A DNA stretch of 64,000 nucleotides from Candidatus Niyogibacteria bacterium (GCA_016214345.1 JACROR010000001.1:1264-65263); one strand, 5' to 3'. Counted from the first letter of the stretch, positions 34,511 through 44,860 are shown. Translations and numbers: made by a program. The notes: generated by a model not told the origin, from the letters alone.

Positions 34511-35320
34511 CTAGTTTACCGATAAAATATCCGGGGCTCTTACATTATAGTTCTTTTCGTACAAATATTTTTTAGCGTAATAAACGCTCTGATCACTATA
34601 ATGAAAAATGTTGGCAGCGGCCACGGCATCAACGCTCGTTTTATCCAATGCCTCCGCAAAATGCGACCAAGCTCCGACTCCGCCGCACGCAATAACGGGT
34701 ATATTAACCTTCTCAGCAACATTTTCAAGAAGATTAATGTCGTAACCATTTTTCATACCATCACGATCTATAGAATTTAACAAAATTTCACCAGCCCCAT
34801 AAGACTCCGCGATGCTTGCCCACTCTACTGGAGTATAATCGGTTGAAACCAAACCACCATTTGAAAAAACTTTATACTCTCCATTCACTATCTTCACATC
34901 GATTGACACAACAACACATTGTGAGCCAAATTCTTTGGCCGCTTCCGTAATAAATTTCTTATCAGCAAGAGCTTTTGAATTAATAGATACTTTATCAGCA
35001 CCAGCGGATAATAAATCTTTTATGTGTTTAAGAGTCCTAATTCTGCCACCGACAGTGATCGGCATAAATGCAACAGTTGATACGTCTTTAATAATATCAA
35101 TGAAAGAGTGGCGATTTTGATATCCCTGATCGTCTCTTCTCAAATCGTATGTTTCATCCTTGGAAATATCAAGATATATAAGTTCATCGGACGCCCATTG
35201 ACTTAACCTCTTAACTGCCGCGACTGGATTGCCAAGATTTTGATAGCGACAAAACTCCTTACTCTGCACGAGCCAGCCATTTTTGAGAAGCAAAATTGGT
35301 ATAAGACGCTTTTTTTTCAT
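34511..35320 (-). CDS. HisF-like cyclase subunit homologue (WbuZ-type, imidazole glycerol phosphate synthase family)
   Basis: RLIPILLLKNGWLVQS... start with a (beta/alpha)8 HisF pattern, including ...DELIYLDI... and GADKVSINS. Confidence 0.8.
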   Translation of the reverse strand: MKKKRLIPILLLKNGWLVQSKEFCRYQNLGNPVAAVKRLSQWASDELIYLDISKDETYDLRRDDQGYQNRHSFIDIIKDVSTVAFMPITVGGRIRTLKHIKDLLSAGADKVSINSKALADKKFITEAAKEFGSQCVVVSIDVKIVNGEYKVFSNGGLVSTDYTPVEWASIAESYGAGEILLNSIDRDGMKNGYDINLLENVAEKVNIPVIACGGVGAWSHFAEALDKTSVDAVAAANIFHYSDQSVYYAKKYLYEKNYNVRAPDILSVN

Positions 35321-35964
35321 CTGCTTTCTACTTGCAATTTTAAAAAATTTTCTAATAAAAGCCTGCCTGCCTTCTGGCTCTTTTCCGGATGAAATTGAAC
35401 GCCAAATATATTATCGCGGGACACTATTGAATTAAAATTCTCGCCATATTGTGTCTTAGCCACAATATCACTCTCATTATCCGCCACAAGCTTATAGCTA
35501 TGAACAAAATAAAAATCCTGCTTATCATCAAGCCCTTTAAGTAGCGGCGATTCTCTTAAAATATTTATATTATTCCATCCAACGTGAGGTAACGGCAAAC
35601 TATCCGCATTTACTTTCTTTACACTGCCGGGGATCCATCCCAATCCTTCATGCTCTCCAAATTCATATCCTTTTGTCGCCAATACTTGCATACCAACACA
35701 AATCCCCAAAAAGGGCTTTTTATTTTGAAAAATCTCATCCTCTAATATTGCAAGAGGGATTTTATTTCTTATTTTATCCATTGCCACGCCAAACGCGCCA
35801 ACTCCAGGTAAAATAATATGCGTCGCCAATTTAATATCATTTAATTTATTAGACACGGTCACATCGGGCGTGATGGCGAGTAATATATTATAAACTGACT
35901 GAATATTCCCGGCGCCGTAATCCAAAATACAAATTTTTTTATTTGAAATCATGCCGCTTTTCAA
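35317..35964 (-). CDS. HisH-like glutamine amidotransferase subunit homologue (WbuY-type)
   Basis: ICILDYGAGNIQSV, catalytic Cys in GICVGMQVL, and HPEKS at the C-terminus. Translationally coupled to the HisF homologue. Confidence 0.85.
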   Translation of the reverse strand: MKSGMISNKKICILDYGAGNIQSVYNILLAITPDVTVSNKLNDIKLATHIILPGVGAFGVAMDKIRNKIPLAILEDEIFQNKKPFLGICVGMQVLATKGYEFGEHEGLGWIPGSVKKVNADSLPLPHVGWNNINILRESPLLKGLDDKQDFYFVHSYKLVADNESDIVAKTQYGENFNSIVSRDNIFGVQFHPEKSQKAGRLLLENFLKLQVESR

Positions 35965-36000
35965 AAAACTTTGAATAAAATTCGCCCTCTAAATAATTCT

Positions 36001-37002
36001 CTAAATTTGTATATTTTTTGTGATCTCAATCAACTGATCCTTTGTTAACCATTCTTTATTTGTGTTGCTACAATAGCAAAAATCGGGTGATAATTGTTTC
36101 CCGCTTTGTAAAAATTTACTTATATCTTCCGCATTAAATAAATCACGATTTTCTGGCAATATAACAAAATATTTATCAAGCTCAACAGCATGCCTAGACT
36201 CTTCCGAAGTAACTAGTGTTTCGTGTAACTTCTCTCCCGGTCTAATGCTGGTAAATTCTCTCTCTGCTTTCGGAATAATGGCGTCAAACAAATCTACTAC
36301 TTTCATGCTGGGAATTTTTGGGATAAAAATTTCTCCTCCTTCCATATTCATGAGACTGAAAAATACAAGTCTGAAACTTTGATCCAAGGTTATCCAAAAT
36401 CTAGTCATTCTTTGATCTGTAATATATACCTTTTTTAATTCTTTATTTCTCAATAAAGTTTCTACTATGCTGCCCCTACTGCCGATAACATTTCCATAGC
36501 GCACACAACCAAATACGGATGCGCCTCCGGTATACGCATTACCGTTGATAAATAATTTTTCAGCGCATAATTTTGTTGAACCGTAAAGATTTGCTGGCTG
36601 CGCCGCCTTATCGCTTGAAATTAATAAAACTTTTTTTACTCCTTGATCAATTGCGGCCTCTATAACATTTTGACTGCCAATAATGTTTGTTTTAACCGAT
36701 TCAAGAGGATTATATTCAAGGGTTGGCACTTGTTTTAACGCGGCCGCGTGTATTACGATATCCACACCACGAAAAGCTCTTTGCAGCCTACTCAATTCGC
36801 GAACATCGCCAAGAAAAAAGCGCAATCGATCATCATCATCTTTTATTTCAGATTGCATGTGAAATTGTTTAAATTCGTCTCTGCTAAATACAATTACCTT
36901 TTTTACAACTGTATTTTGTAACAGAAACTTCACGAAGTTTTTGCCAAAAGAACCCGTGCCACCTGTTATTAATATTATTTTATCTTTTAATAATTCATTC
37001 AT
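36001..37002 (-). CDS. UDP-GlcNAc 4,6-dehydratase (PseB/CapD/FlaA1-type, Polysacc_synt_2)
   Basis: ILITGGTGSFGKNFV Rossmann motif. Length (333 aa) and the YGSTKLCAE catalytic YxxxK match PseB-like inverting dehydratases. Confidence 0.8.
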   Translation of the reverse strand: MNELLKDKIILITGGTGSFGKNFVKFLLQNTVVKKVIVFSRDEFKQFHMQSEIKDDDDRLRFFLGDVRELSRLQRAFRGVDIVIHAAALKQVPTLEYNPLESVKTNIIGSQNVIEAAIDQGVKKVLLISSDKAAQPANLYGSTKLCAEKLFINGNAYTGGASVFGCVRYGNVIGSRGSIVETLLRNKELKKVYITDQRMTRFWITLDQSFRLVFFSLMNMEGGEIFIPKIPSMKVVDLFDAIIPKAEREFTSIRPGEKLHETLVTSEESRHAVELDKYFVILPENRDLFNAEDISKFLQSGKQLSPDFCYCSNTNKEWLTKDQLIEITKNIQI

Positions 37003-37219
37003 AAATTCTTAAAAATACGCCGCTCACAAAAGAGTATAAAACGTATCTATCTTTTTCTCTAATATAAATTAAAATGCGGCATATTGCAAGAATAATAAAA
37101 TTTATTGCGATAGAACGCTATTGACATATTTTAATACCAAAGATACTTTTTATTATAGATACTGGTAAAATAACACACGAAAGTCCGAAGGTTCATTTAC
37201 AATTAAGGAGGGCGCGATC

Positions 37220-39043
37220 ATGAATGGAATAAAAATTCTTGGTATTGTGTGGGAAATGTGCAGTGGCGCGGCGCTTATGATAGATGGAAGGGTGATTGCT
37301 GCGGCAAGCGAAGAAAGATTCTCACGAGTAAAAAACGATGAGCGATACCCGCTACAGGCGATAGAATATGTACTAAAAGAGGGCGGGATAAAGCCTGAGG
37401 AATTAGACATAATTGCATTCGCTGGCACTATCTGGAATCCTCCATATGTTGCAACTAGACGGTACACAACATTCTCTCAAGAAGACAGGATTCGTGAGCA
37501 AAAAGAATATTGGCATCCACGCCTATATGAAAAAAGGGATGTAAAATATTTGGATATTTTCAAAGACAAAATAGACACCGACCAATATCCAGGTCCTCAG
37601 GATTGGGTACCAATCATAGATTTTCTAAAACACGACGCGAAGGAAGCATCAGACCAAAGAAAACACAACACACTGTTTTTCCAAGAAGCGCGACGATCGA
37701 TTGTCAGTAAACATTTATGCATATCTTCGGATAAAATTATTTTTATTGACCATCACAGCGCTCATGCTTTTTACGCATTTTTTGCAAGCCAAGAGAGAAA
37801 AAACAATACTTTAATCTTGACCGCTGACGCGTGGGGTGATGATGCAAACGCAACAATCAGTGTGGTGAAAGACGACAAGATTAAAAGATTGTCCGCGAGC
37901 AATAATTTTGCAGCTGCAAAGTTTTATCGTTATGTAACACTCATTTTAGGCATGAAGCCCGATGAGCATGAATATAAAGTAATGGGGCTCGCACCATACG
38001 CAAAAAAGCAACACATTGAAAAAGTATTGCAAATGTTTCAAGACACTCAATATGTGAACGGGCTTGAATTTAATTTCCACAAAAAGCCGACTGACAGCTA
38101 CTATCACTTCAAAGAATTATTTGAAGGACAAAGATTTGATACAATAGCAGGAGCATTGCAAAAATACACAGAAGATATCTTGCTTAAGTGGGCACAAAAC
38201 GCATTCGCTCTAACACAAAGCGTTGACATCTGCTTTGGTGGAGGAATTGCAATGAATGTGAAAGCAATGATGGAAATCAACTGTCTTCCTGGCGTAAATA
38301 GTCTTTTTGTGCCACCAACTCCTTCAGATGAATCACATGCGATAGGATGTATGTATGTTGCTATGTATTATGAGTGTCTGAAAAGAGGCCTGGATGTATT
38401 CAAAACAATAAAGCCCCTTTCAAACGCTTATCTTGGTCCGCGCATTACGGACGACAAACTTATCATCAACAAACGGCAAGAAGCGATTGAGGCAAATACT
38501 CCACCATCTCGCATTGCCGACCTTTTAGAGAAAGGCTATGTGATTGGTGTTGCGAGAGGCAGAAGTGAGTTTGGCGCAAGGGCTCTTGGCAACAGATCAA
38601 TTCTCGCAGACCCAAGAAATATATCTGTTGTAAGAAAAATAAATGAAATGATTAAAAGCCGAGATTTCTGGATGCCATTTGCGCCCGTCATTCTTGAAGA
38701 ACGCGCCAGCGATTATATTAATGGATATAAGAAAAACGTTGGCGCGCAATTCATGACCCTAGCATTTCAAACAACGCTTCTAGGTCAGCGAGATTTGACG
38801 GCGGGATTGCATCAAGCAGACCTAACCTCAAGACCACAGGTCTTAAAACCGGGAGTAAATCCTTTTTATGAAGAAATAATAAAGGAATTTCAAAAAAAGA
38901 CCGGGGTTGGAGGACTTCTTAATACTTCATTCAATCTTCACGGTGAACCAATCGTCCAAACCGCAGAAGATGCGATGAGGGTGTTCAATTTATCAAAACT
39001 AGATGGCCTTTTAATCAATGACGCATTAATAATGAAGCCTTGA
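37220..39043 (+). CDS. Carbamoyltransferase (NodU/CmcH family)
   Basis: 607 aa. N-terminus ILGI...AAASEERFSRVKNDERYP and the overall two-domain length are typical of NodU/CmcH O-carbamoyltransferases. RBS AAGGAGGG upstream. Confidence 0.85.
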   Translation: MNGIKILGIVWEMCSGAALMIDGRVIAAASEERFSRVKNDERYPLQAIEYVLKEGGIKPEELDIIAFAGTIWNPPYVATRRYTTFSQEDRIREQKEYWHPRLYEKRDVKYLDIFKDKIDTDQYPGPQDWVPIIDFLKHDAKEASDQRKHNTLFFQEARRSIVSKHLCISSDKIIFIDHHSAHAFYAFFASQERKNNTLILTADAWGDDANATISVVKDDKIKRLSASNNFAAAKFYRYVTLILGMKPDEHEYKVMGLAPYAKKQHIEKVLQMFQDTQYVNGLEFNFHKKPTDSYYHFKELFEGQRFDTIAGALQKYTEDILLKWAQNAFALTQSVDICFGGGIAMNVKAMMEINCLPGVNSLFVPPTPSDESHAIGCMYVAMYYECLKRGLDVFKTIKPLSNAYLGPRITDDKLIINKRQEAIEANTPPSRIADLLEKGYVIGVARGRSEFGARALGNRSILADPRNISVVRKINEMIKSRDFWMPFAPVILEERASDYINGYKKNVGAQFMTLAFQTTLLGQRDLTAGLHQADLTSRPQVLKPGVNPFYEEIIKEFQKKTGVGGLLNTSFNLHGEPIVQTAEDAMRVFNLSKLDGLLINDALIMKP

Positions 39044-39060
39044 TTAAAAAGATAGAATCT

Positions 39061-39095
39061 AAAACCACCAACATTGTTGGTGGTTTTTTTATTTA
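39061..39095 (+). terminator. Rho-independent terminator (aaaaccaccaac-attg-ttggtggttttttt)
   Basis: Perfect 10-bp stem and a 7-T run immediately after the carbamoyltransferase stop. Confidence 0.7.
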
Positions 39096-39135
39096 CTTTA
39101 ACTTCTATGAATTAAGAAACAAACGCATAAGAAAA

Positions 39136-39741
39136 TTAAGTAAGGCTCTTTATCTTTTTTTCTTTCCATATTTGATAATTAATCGCATCGTCAAAAGATA
39201 CAATATGTCCCTTATTACTATATTCTTTGATTTTTTGGAATTCCATATCTAATAATTCCAATCTTATTTTTGGTAATTCAATCTCAAACCATGGAATATT
39301 CCTTGCGGGAGCGTTAAAAATTAAAATTTCCAATTCTGCTTCTTGCATCGCCCTCAAAAAAGTGAGATACGCCCTATATTGGTGAAAGTGTGACGCTATA
39401 AGGATGATACTTTGCCAATTATTTTCTTTAATTAATCTCATAACATTAATCGCCTGTGCCCTGGTATACAAAGACTCTACTTCTAAAATAATATTCTTTG
39501 GTTTTATACTGCACTTATCCAAAATATACTTTTTAAGCTTCTCACCATGAAAGGAGCCGATGCTATCCCCCTCCAACCCCCCTGAGATAATAATCTTATC
39601 GGCATATTTAGATTCAAAAAGTTCTATCGCCCTATCAGCGCGATAATAAAAATCCCCCTCCAATACAACAATAACATCGGAAGGAAATAAAAAATCACCG
39701 CCAACAAAAGACATTAATTGTTCTCTTTTTGATAATTTCAT
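39136..39741 (-). CDS. DUF218/YdcF-family (ElyC/SanA-like) protein
   Basis: 201 aa with the ...VVLEGDFYYRADRAIELFESKYADKIIISGG... pattern typical of DUF218. Confidence 0.55.
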   Translation of the reverse strand: MKLSKREQLMSFVGGDFLFPSDVIVVLEGDFYYRADRAIELFESKYADKIIISGGLEGDSIGSFHGEKLKKYILDKCSIKPKNIILEVESLYTRAQAINVMRLIKENNWQSIILIASHFHQYRAYLTFLRAMQEAELEILIFNAPARNIPWFEIELPKIRLELLDMEFQKIKEYSNKGHIVSFDDAINYQIWKEKKIKSLT

Positions 39742-39815
39742 ACACCTTAAAAGCTCCTATTGAATACGCGCACGAGTTGAATCCTTAAAATATATAGTAT
39801 AACATATATTTTATT

Positions 39816-41315
39816 ATGAAAGTTTGTTTTGTGCTACAAAATAGATTCGCCTACCCTGGCCACGCAATGATAAAAACCCTCAAAAAAAAATATGGGGAGG
39901 AGGAATTCTGTGGCTATGTTTATACGAGACCGAGTTTCAATTTCCTTACCTCTCAAAAAGAAATAATATATTCGCGTCTACTGCTTGATGACGATATACA
40001 TTCCAAATACAAAACTGAACAACTAGACCTCCCATACATACAATGGATAGAAAAAGAATTTGGACTTCCCAATCTGTGGGCATACGTTGAACTGGATCGC
40101 ATCGTGCGATATGGTTTATTCGTACGAGAATACCCGCACAACACTCCGCCTTATACGCACGAAGAGATGCTTCGCATTATACAAGTAAAATCAAAGGCGA
40201 TTTTGAAATTTTTGGAAGAAGAAAGGCCTGATTTTATAGTTTTTTCTGTCATGGGCGATATCGGCATGCTTCTATTGTATCATATGGCAAAAAAACGAGG
40301 CATCAAAATACTCTACATAACAGAACCGCGCATCAATGCGCAATTTACCATATCCAATTATTACAACGGAATTGATTCCATAGAAGAAGCATTCAAAACC
40401 AACATCGATGAATCATACATAAACCAAGCAAAAAAGTTCCTTGATTCATTTCGTCAAAATCCTGTTTCGCCCAACTCAATCGATACGCCGCAAGCAAGAG
40501 CAATAACAAAAAGGCAACAATTTAAATTTTTGTCTCCAAAAAGATTTATCCGTTCTTTTTTATGGACTATTCGTGTGTTTTTAGATTATGCGAAAAACAG
40601 ACACAAAAACGACTACACTGAAATAAAGCCGTGGTACTATATATTAGATCATGTAAAAAGAAAAATGAGAGTATTACGGGGTTTTAATGATCTCTACGAT
40701 AAAATTGACTTAAAAGAAGACTACGCATTTTTTCCGCTACAAGTAGAACCGGAGATAAGTAGCCTGCTACTTGCGCCATTTTATACAGACCAGTTATGGC
40801 TTGCTAAACAAATAGCCCGATCTCTTCCGATTCATTTTAAACTTTATATTAAAGAACATCCTGCAATGTTTGGCTATCGTACGCGTAGTTTTTACAAAGA
40901 ACTTAAAAAAATTCCAAATGTCAAACTTATTGACCCGTGCATTACGAGTTTCAATATCACAAAGAATGCAAAATTAATAGTTACGCAAACCGGTGGTGTT
41001 GGTTGGGAAGGCTTATTTTTCAAAAAACCAGTAATAACTTTTGGTAATATATTTTATAATATTTTACCGATGACAAAAAAATGTAAAGCGATTGAGGACC
41101 TCCCGCATATAATTAAAGAACAATTAGAAAACTTTCATTACGATGAGAAACTGCTTATAAAACTTATAGCTGCCTCTTACCAAGAGAGCGCGCATGTTGA
41201 CCTTGTGCAAATATGGGAAATTGACGGCGGTGGAAAAATGGATGAAAAAGAAAATCAACTCATGCCTTTAACAGATTTGCTAGCAAAAAAAATGGGATTA
41301 AAAAAGCCTAATTAA
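39816..41315 (+). CDS. Putative GT-B glycosyl/glycerophospho-transferase of the TagB/TagF / capsule-biosynthesis type; candidate nonulosonate transferase
   Basis: 499 aa. C-terminal IKEHPAMFGY...KLIDP...AKLIVTQTGGVGWEGLFFKKPVITFGN resembles the TagF-family core. Architectural paralogue of 22758-24110. Confidence 0.4.
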   Translation: MKVCFVLQNRFAYPGHAMIKTLKKKYGEEEFCGYVYTRPSFNFLTSQKEIIYSRLLLDDDIHSKYKTEQLDLPYIQWIEKEFGLPNLWAYVELDRIVRYGLFVREYPHNTPPYTHEEMLRIIQVKSKAILKFLEEERPDFIVFSVMGDIGMLLLYHMAKKRGIKILYITEPRINAQFTISNYYNGIDSIEEAFKTNIDESYINQAKKFLDSFRQNPVSPNSIDTPQARAITKRQQFKFLSPKRFIRSFLWTIRVFLDYAKNRHKNDYTEIKPWYYILDHVKRKMRVLRGFNDLYDKIDLKEDYAFFPLQVEPEISSLLLAPFYTDQLWLAKQIARSLPIHFKLYIKEHPAMFGYRTRSFYKELKKIPNVKLIDPCITSFNITKNAKLIVTQTGGVGWEGLFFKKPVITFGNIFYNILPMTKKCKAIEDLPHIIKEQLENFHYDEKLLIKLIAASYQESAHVDLVQIWEIDGGGKMDEKENQLMPLTDLLAKKMGLKKPN

Positions 41316-41324
41316 ACATAATTT

Positions 41325-42182
41325 TTGGACATAATATCAAAACTAAGAAAAATTTATAGAAAATTCATTCATCTGCCATGGGTAGACAAATTGATCTATG
41401 TCATTTTGGATGCATTAACCAACATATACGCGCATTCGGCTAAATTTTATTTTCCAAAAAATTATATACGAAAATGGAAATTGAATATGTTGTGGGGCAA
41501 ATATGAACCCGAAACCTACAAACTCTTCAAACACATCGTAAAATCCGGCATGGTGGTGATTGACATCGGCACGCACATCGGATATTTTACCCGCCTATTT
41601 TCAAAACTTACTAAACAGGGCGGTTTAGTCTACGCGCTGGAAGCAGACCCAGAAAATTTTTCTTTGTTGCAAAAAAACACCGCTCATTTGAAAAATGTCT
41701 GCGCAATCAAAATAGCAGTCACAGATAAAAAGGGTGAGATCAATTTCTATAGAAGCGAGAAAACCGGCTGCCACAGCACCATTCCAAATACCGAACAGCA
41801 AAAAGAAGTAATTACCGTTCTCGCCACCGATCTCGACAGTTTATTACTAGATACTGAACAGATATCGAAAATAGACCTGATCAAGATGGACATTGAAGGT
41901 GGCGAAATGGCGGCCCTCCGCGGTATGAAAAAGATCATCGGCGCAAATCCAGAGATCGCGCTCGTCGTAGAATTCAACCCGGGATGCCTAAAAATGGCGA
42001 AGGTTATACCGACCGATTTTATTAAAACATTGCGTGATCTTGGCTTTAAAATTTTCTCCATCCAATCCAAAGATCTAATAGAGATCGGGCCGCAAGAAAA
42101 CTTCCCGGAAAAATATCTCCTACCGGGAGCGACCTTCGTTAATCTATACTGCGTAAAAGGATCGGTACAGGAACGATCCTAA
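41325..42182 (+). CDS. FkbM-family SAM-dependent methyltransferase
   Basis: MVVIDIGTHIGYFT motif I and ...LIKMDIEGGEMAALRG... typical of Methyltransf_21 (FkbM). Confidence 0.8.
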   Translation: MDIISKLRKIYRKFIHLPWVDKLIYVILDALTNIYAHSAKFYFPKNYIRKWKLNMLWGKYEPETYKLFKHIVKSGMVVIDIGTHIGYFTRLFSKLTKQGGLVYALEADPENFSLLQKNTAHLKNVCAIKIAVTDKKGEINFYRSEKTGCHSTIPNTEQQKEVITVLATDLDSLLLDTEQISKIDLIKMDIEGGEMAALRGMKKIIGANPEIALVVEFNPGCLKMAKVIPTDFIKTLRDLGFKIFSIQSKDLIEIGPQENFPEKYLLPGATFVNLYCVKGSVQERS

Positions 42183-43348
42183 ACCAAAGATTCGATCACT
42201 GCGTTCAATTTGCGTCCCAATACGCGATAATCCAAACTCTGTGCGCGTACTAAAATATCTTTGGATAACTTGATTCGAAGACCCTCGTCTTTGCCGAGCT
42301 TCTCTATTTTTTTAGCAAGATCAATGTGATCATTGGGATTGAACGTCAGCGCCGATCCGGCGGTCAGCCACTCGAGCGCCCCGCCACCGGGAATTATACA
42401 AGGAATGCCAAAAGCCATCGCTTCCGTTAAAAGCGCCGAACCATATTCCATCCACCACTTGGGAAAAACGAAGATCTGCGTTGCGAGGAAAAATTCAAAC
42501 ATTTTTTCTCGCGCCACCCAGCCCGGAAATGAAAAATATTTTCCCAAGCCCAGATCGCGCACCATGCTCTCCAAACGCTCCTTGTCTGGTCCGCCGCCGC
42601 TCATCACAACGCGATATTTTTCTTTATTAGAAAGAGTGGCAAATGCTTTGATCACCAGATCGAATCCTTTTTCCGGAAACATACGTCCAGTACAAAATAT
42701 TTGGATGATATCGCAGGAACGCTGACGCCTCTCCACGAACTCATCCATAATATGATGACGCTCTATAATGCCTTTCATGTCCACAAAATCCTCTATCACA
42801 GAAGTTTTTTTGCTGTCCACCCCGAAATCAACATACATTTTCTCAACCATCGGCGTATTGAAAATAAACGCATCCAAATGATTGGCCATAGGAATACCGA
42901 TCCGGCGCTCCATAAATGATCTAATTTTTTTCTTTAAAGTTTTAAAGAAAGAAACACGCGCGGGATTGCCCGTCATATCCGCCCAACAATTAAGACGAAC
43001 GTTAAAAAATGCCGCAACGGGTTTCAGCCCGCCCAACATGCGATAAAGTCCTCCTCCATACAAAAACATATGCCCATCTATATAAAACGCGTCGGCGGCA
43101 CTTTCATATTTTTTCAACAAGCCGTAAATCCCGCTCTGCATGCTAAGTAAAGTCCCTTTGGGAGCGATATTTTCTTCCACCACTTTATACGGCAAGTCTA
43201 TGGAAATTTTATTCGCGCGTGAAAACGCCGTAACCACCGTAACATCATGCTCCTCATCCTGCAAGCTCTTTGCCTTCCAATGCAGATCAAGCACCGAACC
43301 GCCGGCGGTTTCAAAATTCAATTTTGAGGTGATTAAAATAATCCTCAC
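42179..43348 (-). CDS. Glycosyltransferase family 4 (GT-B)
   Basis: C-terminal EYGSALLTEAMAFGIPCIIPGGGALEW GT4-like motif; 389 aa. Confidence 0.75.
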   Translation of the reverse strand: MRIILITSKLNFETAGGSVLDLHWKAKSLQDEEHDVTVVTAFSRANKISIDLPYKVVEENIAPKGTLLSMQSGIYGLLKKYESAADAFYIDGHMFLYGGGLYRMLGGLKPVAAFFNVRLNCWADMTGNPARVSFFKTLKKKIRSFMERRIGIPMANHLDAFIFNTPMVEKMYVDFGVDSKKTSVIEDFVDMKGIIERHHIMDEFVERRQRSCDIIQIFCTGRMFPEKGFDLVIKAFATLSNKEKYRVVMSGGGPDKERLESMVRDLGLGKYFSFPGWVAREKMFEFFLATQIFVFPKWWMEYGSALLTEAMAFGIPCIIPGGGALEWLTAGSALTFNPNDHIDLAKKIEKLGKDEGLRIKLSKDILVRAQSLDYRVLGRKLNAVIESLV

Positions 43349-43743
43349 TATATAAAAACTTTATCGTCAACAAAAGGGCCATTCTTCAACTCGAATATTT
43401 CCGCGTCCTGCATAACACGCACCCCATGACCTCCGCGCAATATGATCAAGGCCTCACCCGCTTTAACATAAACATATTTAAAGATCTTTTTATTAGGCGC
43501 ATAAAAATCCACCCTGATCTTTCCTCTTCTCACTACCAAACATTCCTGAAGCATCTTAGTAATTCTTCTTTTAGAAATATGCGCATGCGGTTTGATCTGA
43601 TAACCTTTTTTATGTTTCAAAGTGAGTAATTGCAAAAACTCTGCGTCACTCGTAACAGGAACGGAGCCCTTGGGAAGGGCCTTTACACGAATCGCGGCCA
43701 GGATGTTCTTGTAAAAAATTTTTTCCACCCCAACACTATTCAT
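43348..43743 (-). CDS. Cupin-domain protein (candidate sugar-nucleotide epimerase/ketoisomerase of the small-cupin type)
   Basis: 131 aa; HAHISKRR...GKIRVDFY...GEALIILRGGHGVR suggests a small beta-barrel cupin. Its start overlaps the upstream stop. Function is inferred from context only. Confidence 0.35.
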   Translation of the reverse strand: MNSVGVEKIFYKNILAAIRVKALPKGSVPVTSDAEFLQLLTLKHKKGYQIKPHAHISKRRITKMLQECLVVRRGKIRVDFYAPNKKIFKYVYVKAGEALIILRGGHGVRVMQDAEIFELKNGPFVDDKVFI

Positions 43744-43746
43744 TGA

Positions 43747-44814
43747 TCAAGAAATGTGAAATCTACGATCTTCGCTATGAACATTTTTTAATTTGGCCTC
43801 ACGACTCACATAATTAAAATCCTCTTCGATCATCATCTGCGTCAATTTACTGAAAGTTACTCGCGGCTGCCAGCCCAAAACCTCGCGCGCCTTCGCCGCA
43901 TCGCCCAACAAAAGGTCCACTTCATTCGGTCTGAAATGCTTGGGATCTATTTCAATAATGGTTTTGCCGGTTATCTTATCAATACCCTTTTCATCCAAAC
44001 CGGAACCAGTCCACGCAATCTCTATATCCAAATGCTTTGCCGCCCCCTCCACAAATTCCCTAACGGTATGCGTCTCACCAGTGGCGATCACAAAATCGTC
44101 CGGCTTGTCATGCTGTAATATTTTCCACATCGCCTCTACATAATCTTTGGAGTGCCCCCAATCGCGCTTAGCATCCAAATTGCCAAGCATTAATTTCGGC
44201 TGTATGCCCAATTTAATGTTGGACAACCCTAAAGTGATCTTGCGCGTCACAAAATTAAAACCGCGACGCGGCGACTCATGATTAAAAAGTATGCCATTGG
44301 AAGCAAAGATGCCATAGCCCTCACGGAAGATTTTCGTAATATAAAAAGCGAATACCTTTGAGAGACCGTACGGCGATTGCGGATTGAATTGCGTGATCTC
44401 GTTCTGGGGAACGGCTAAAACTTTTCCGAACATCTCGGACGAACTTGCCTGATAATATTTTGTTTTTAAGCCGAGAGTACGAATGGTTTCCAAAATGCGC
44501 AACGGTCCCAGCGCGTTTACATTCACCGTATACTCCGGTTTATCAAAACTAATCCTGACATGACTTTGAGCGGCCAAGTTATAAATCTCGTCCGGTTTAA
44601 CAACGTACAAAATGCGCGTCAGATTGGAGCTGTCCGAAAGATCCCCATACATCATGTACAGATTGGGATGCGAGACATGATCAATGCGCTGCGTATTGGG
44701 CATGCTCGCGCGCCGCTGAACGCCATAAACTTCATATCCTTTTTCTAACAGAAGTTCGGTTAAATAAGAGCCATCTTGTCCGGTTATTCCCGTTATTAAT
44801 GCCTTTTTTGTCAT
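43747..44814 (-). CDS. gmd: GDP-mannose 4,6-dehydratase family (possibly GDP-heptose 4,6-dehydratase given context)
   Basis: [28 protein letters not shown]-terminus, ...ASSSEMFG... and NHESPRRG are classic GMD motifs. Confidence 0.85.
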   Translation of the reverse strand: MTKKALITGITGQDGSYLTELLLEKGYEVYGVQRRASMPNTQRIDHVSHPNLYMMYGDLSDSSNLTRILYVVKPDEIYNLAAQSHVRISFDKPEYTVNVNALGPLRILETIRTLGLKTKYYQASSSEMFGKVLAVPQNEITQFNPQSPYGLSKVFAFYITKIFREGYGIFASNGILFNHESPRRGFNFVTRKITLGLSNIKLGIQPKLMLGNLDAKRDWGHSKDYVEAMWKILQHDKPDDFVIATGETHTVREFVEGAAKHLDIEIAWTGSGLDEKGIDKITGKTIIEIDPKHFRPNEVDLLLGDAAKAREVLGWQPRVTFSKLTQMMIEEDFNYVSREAKLKNVHSEDRRFHIS

Positions 44815-44860
44815 CTTTTACAATATAGCAAATAATAAAAAAGTTGCAATATGAATCATT

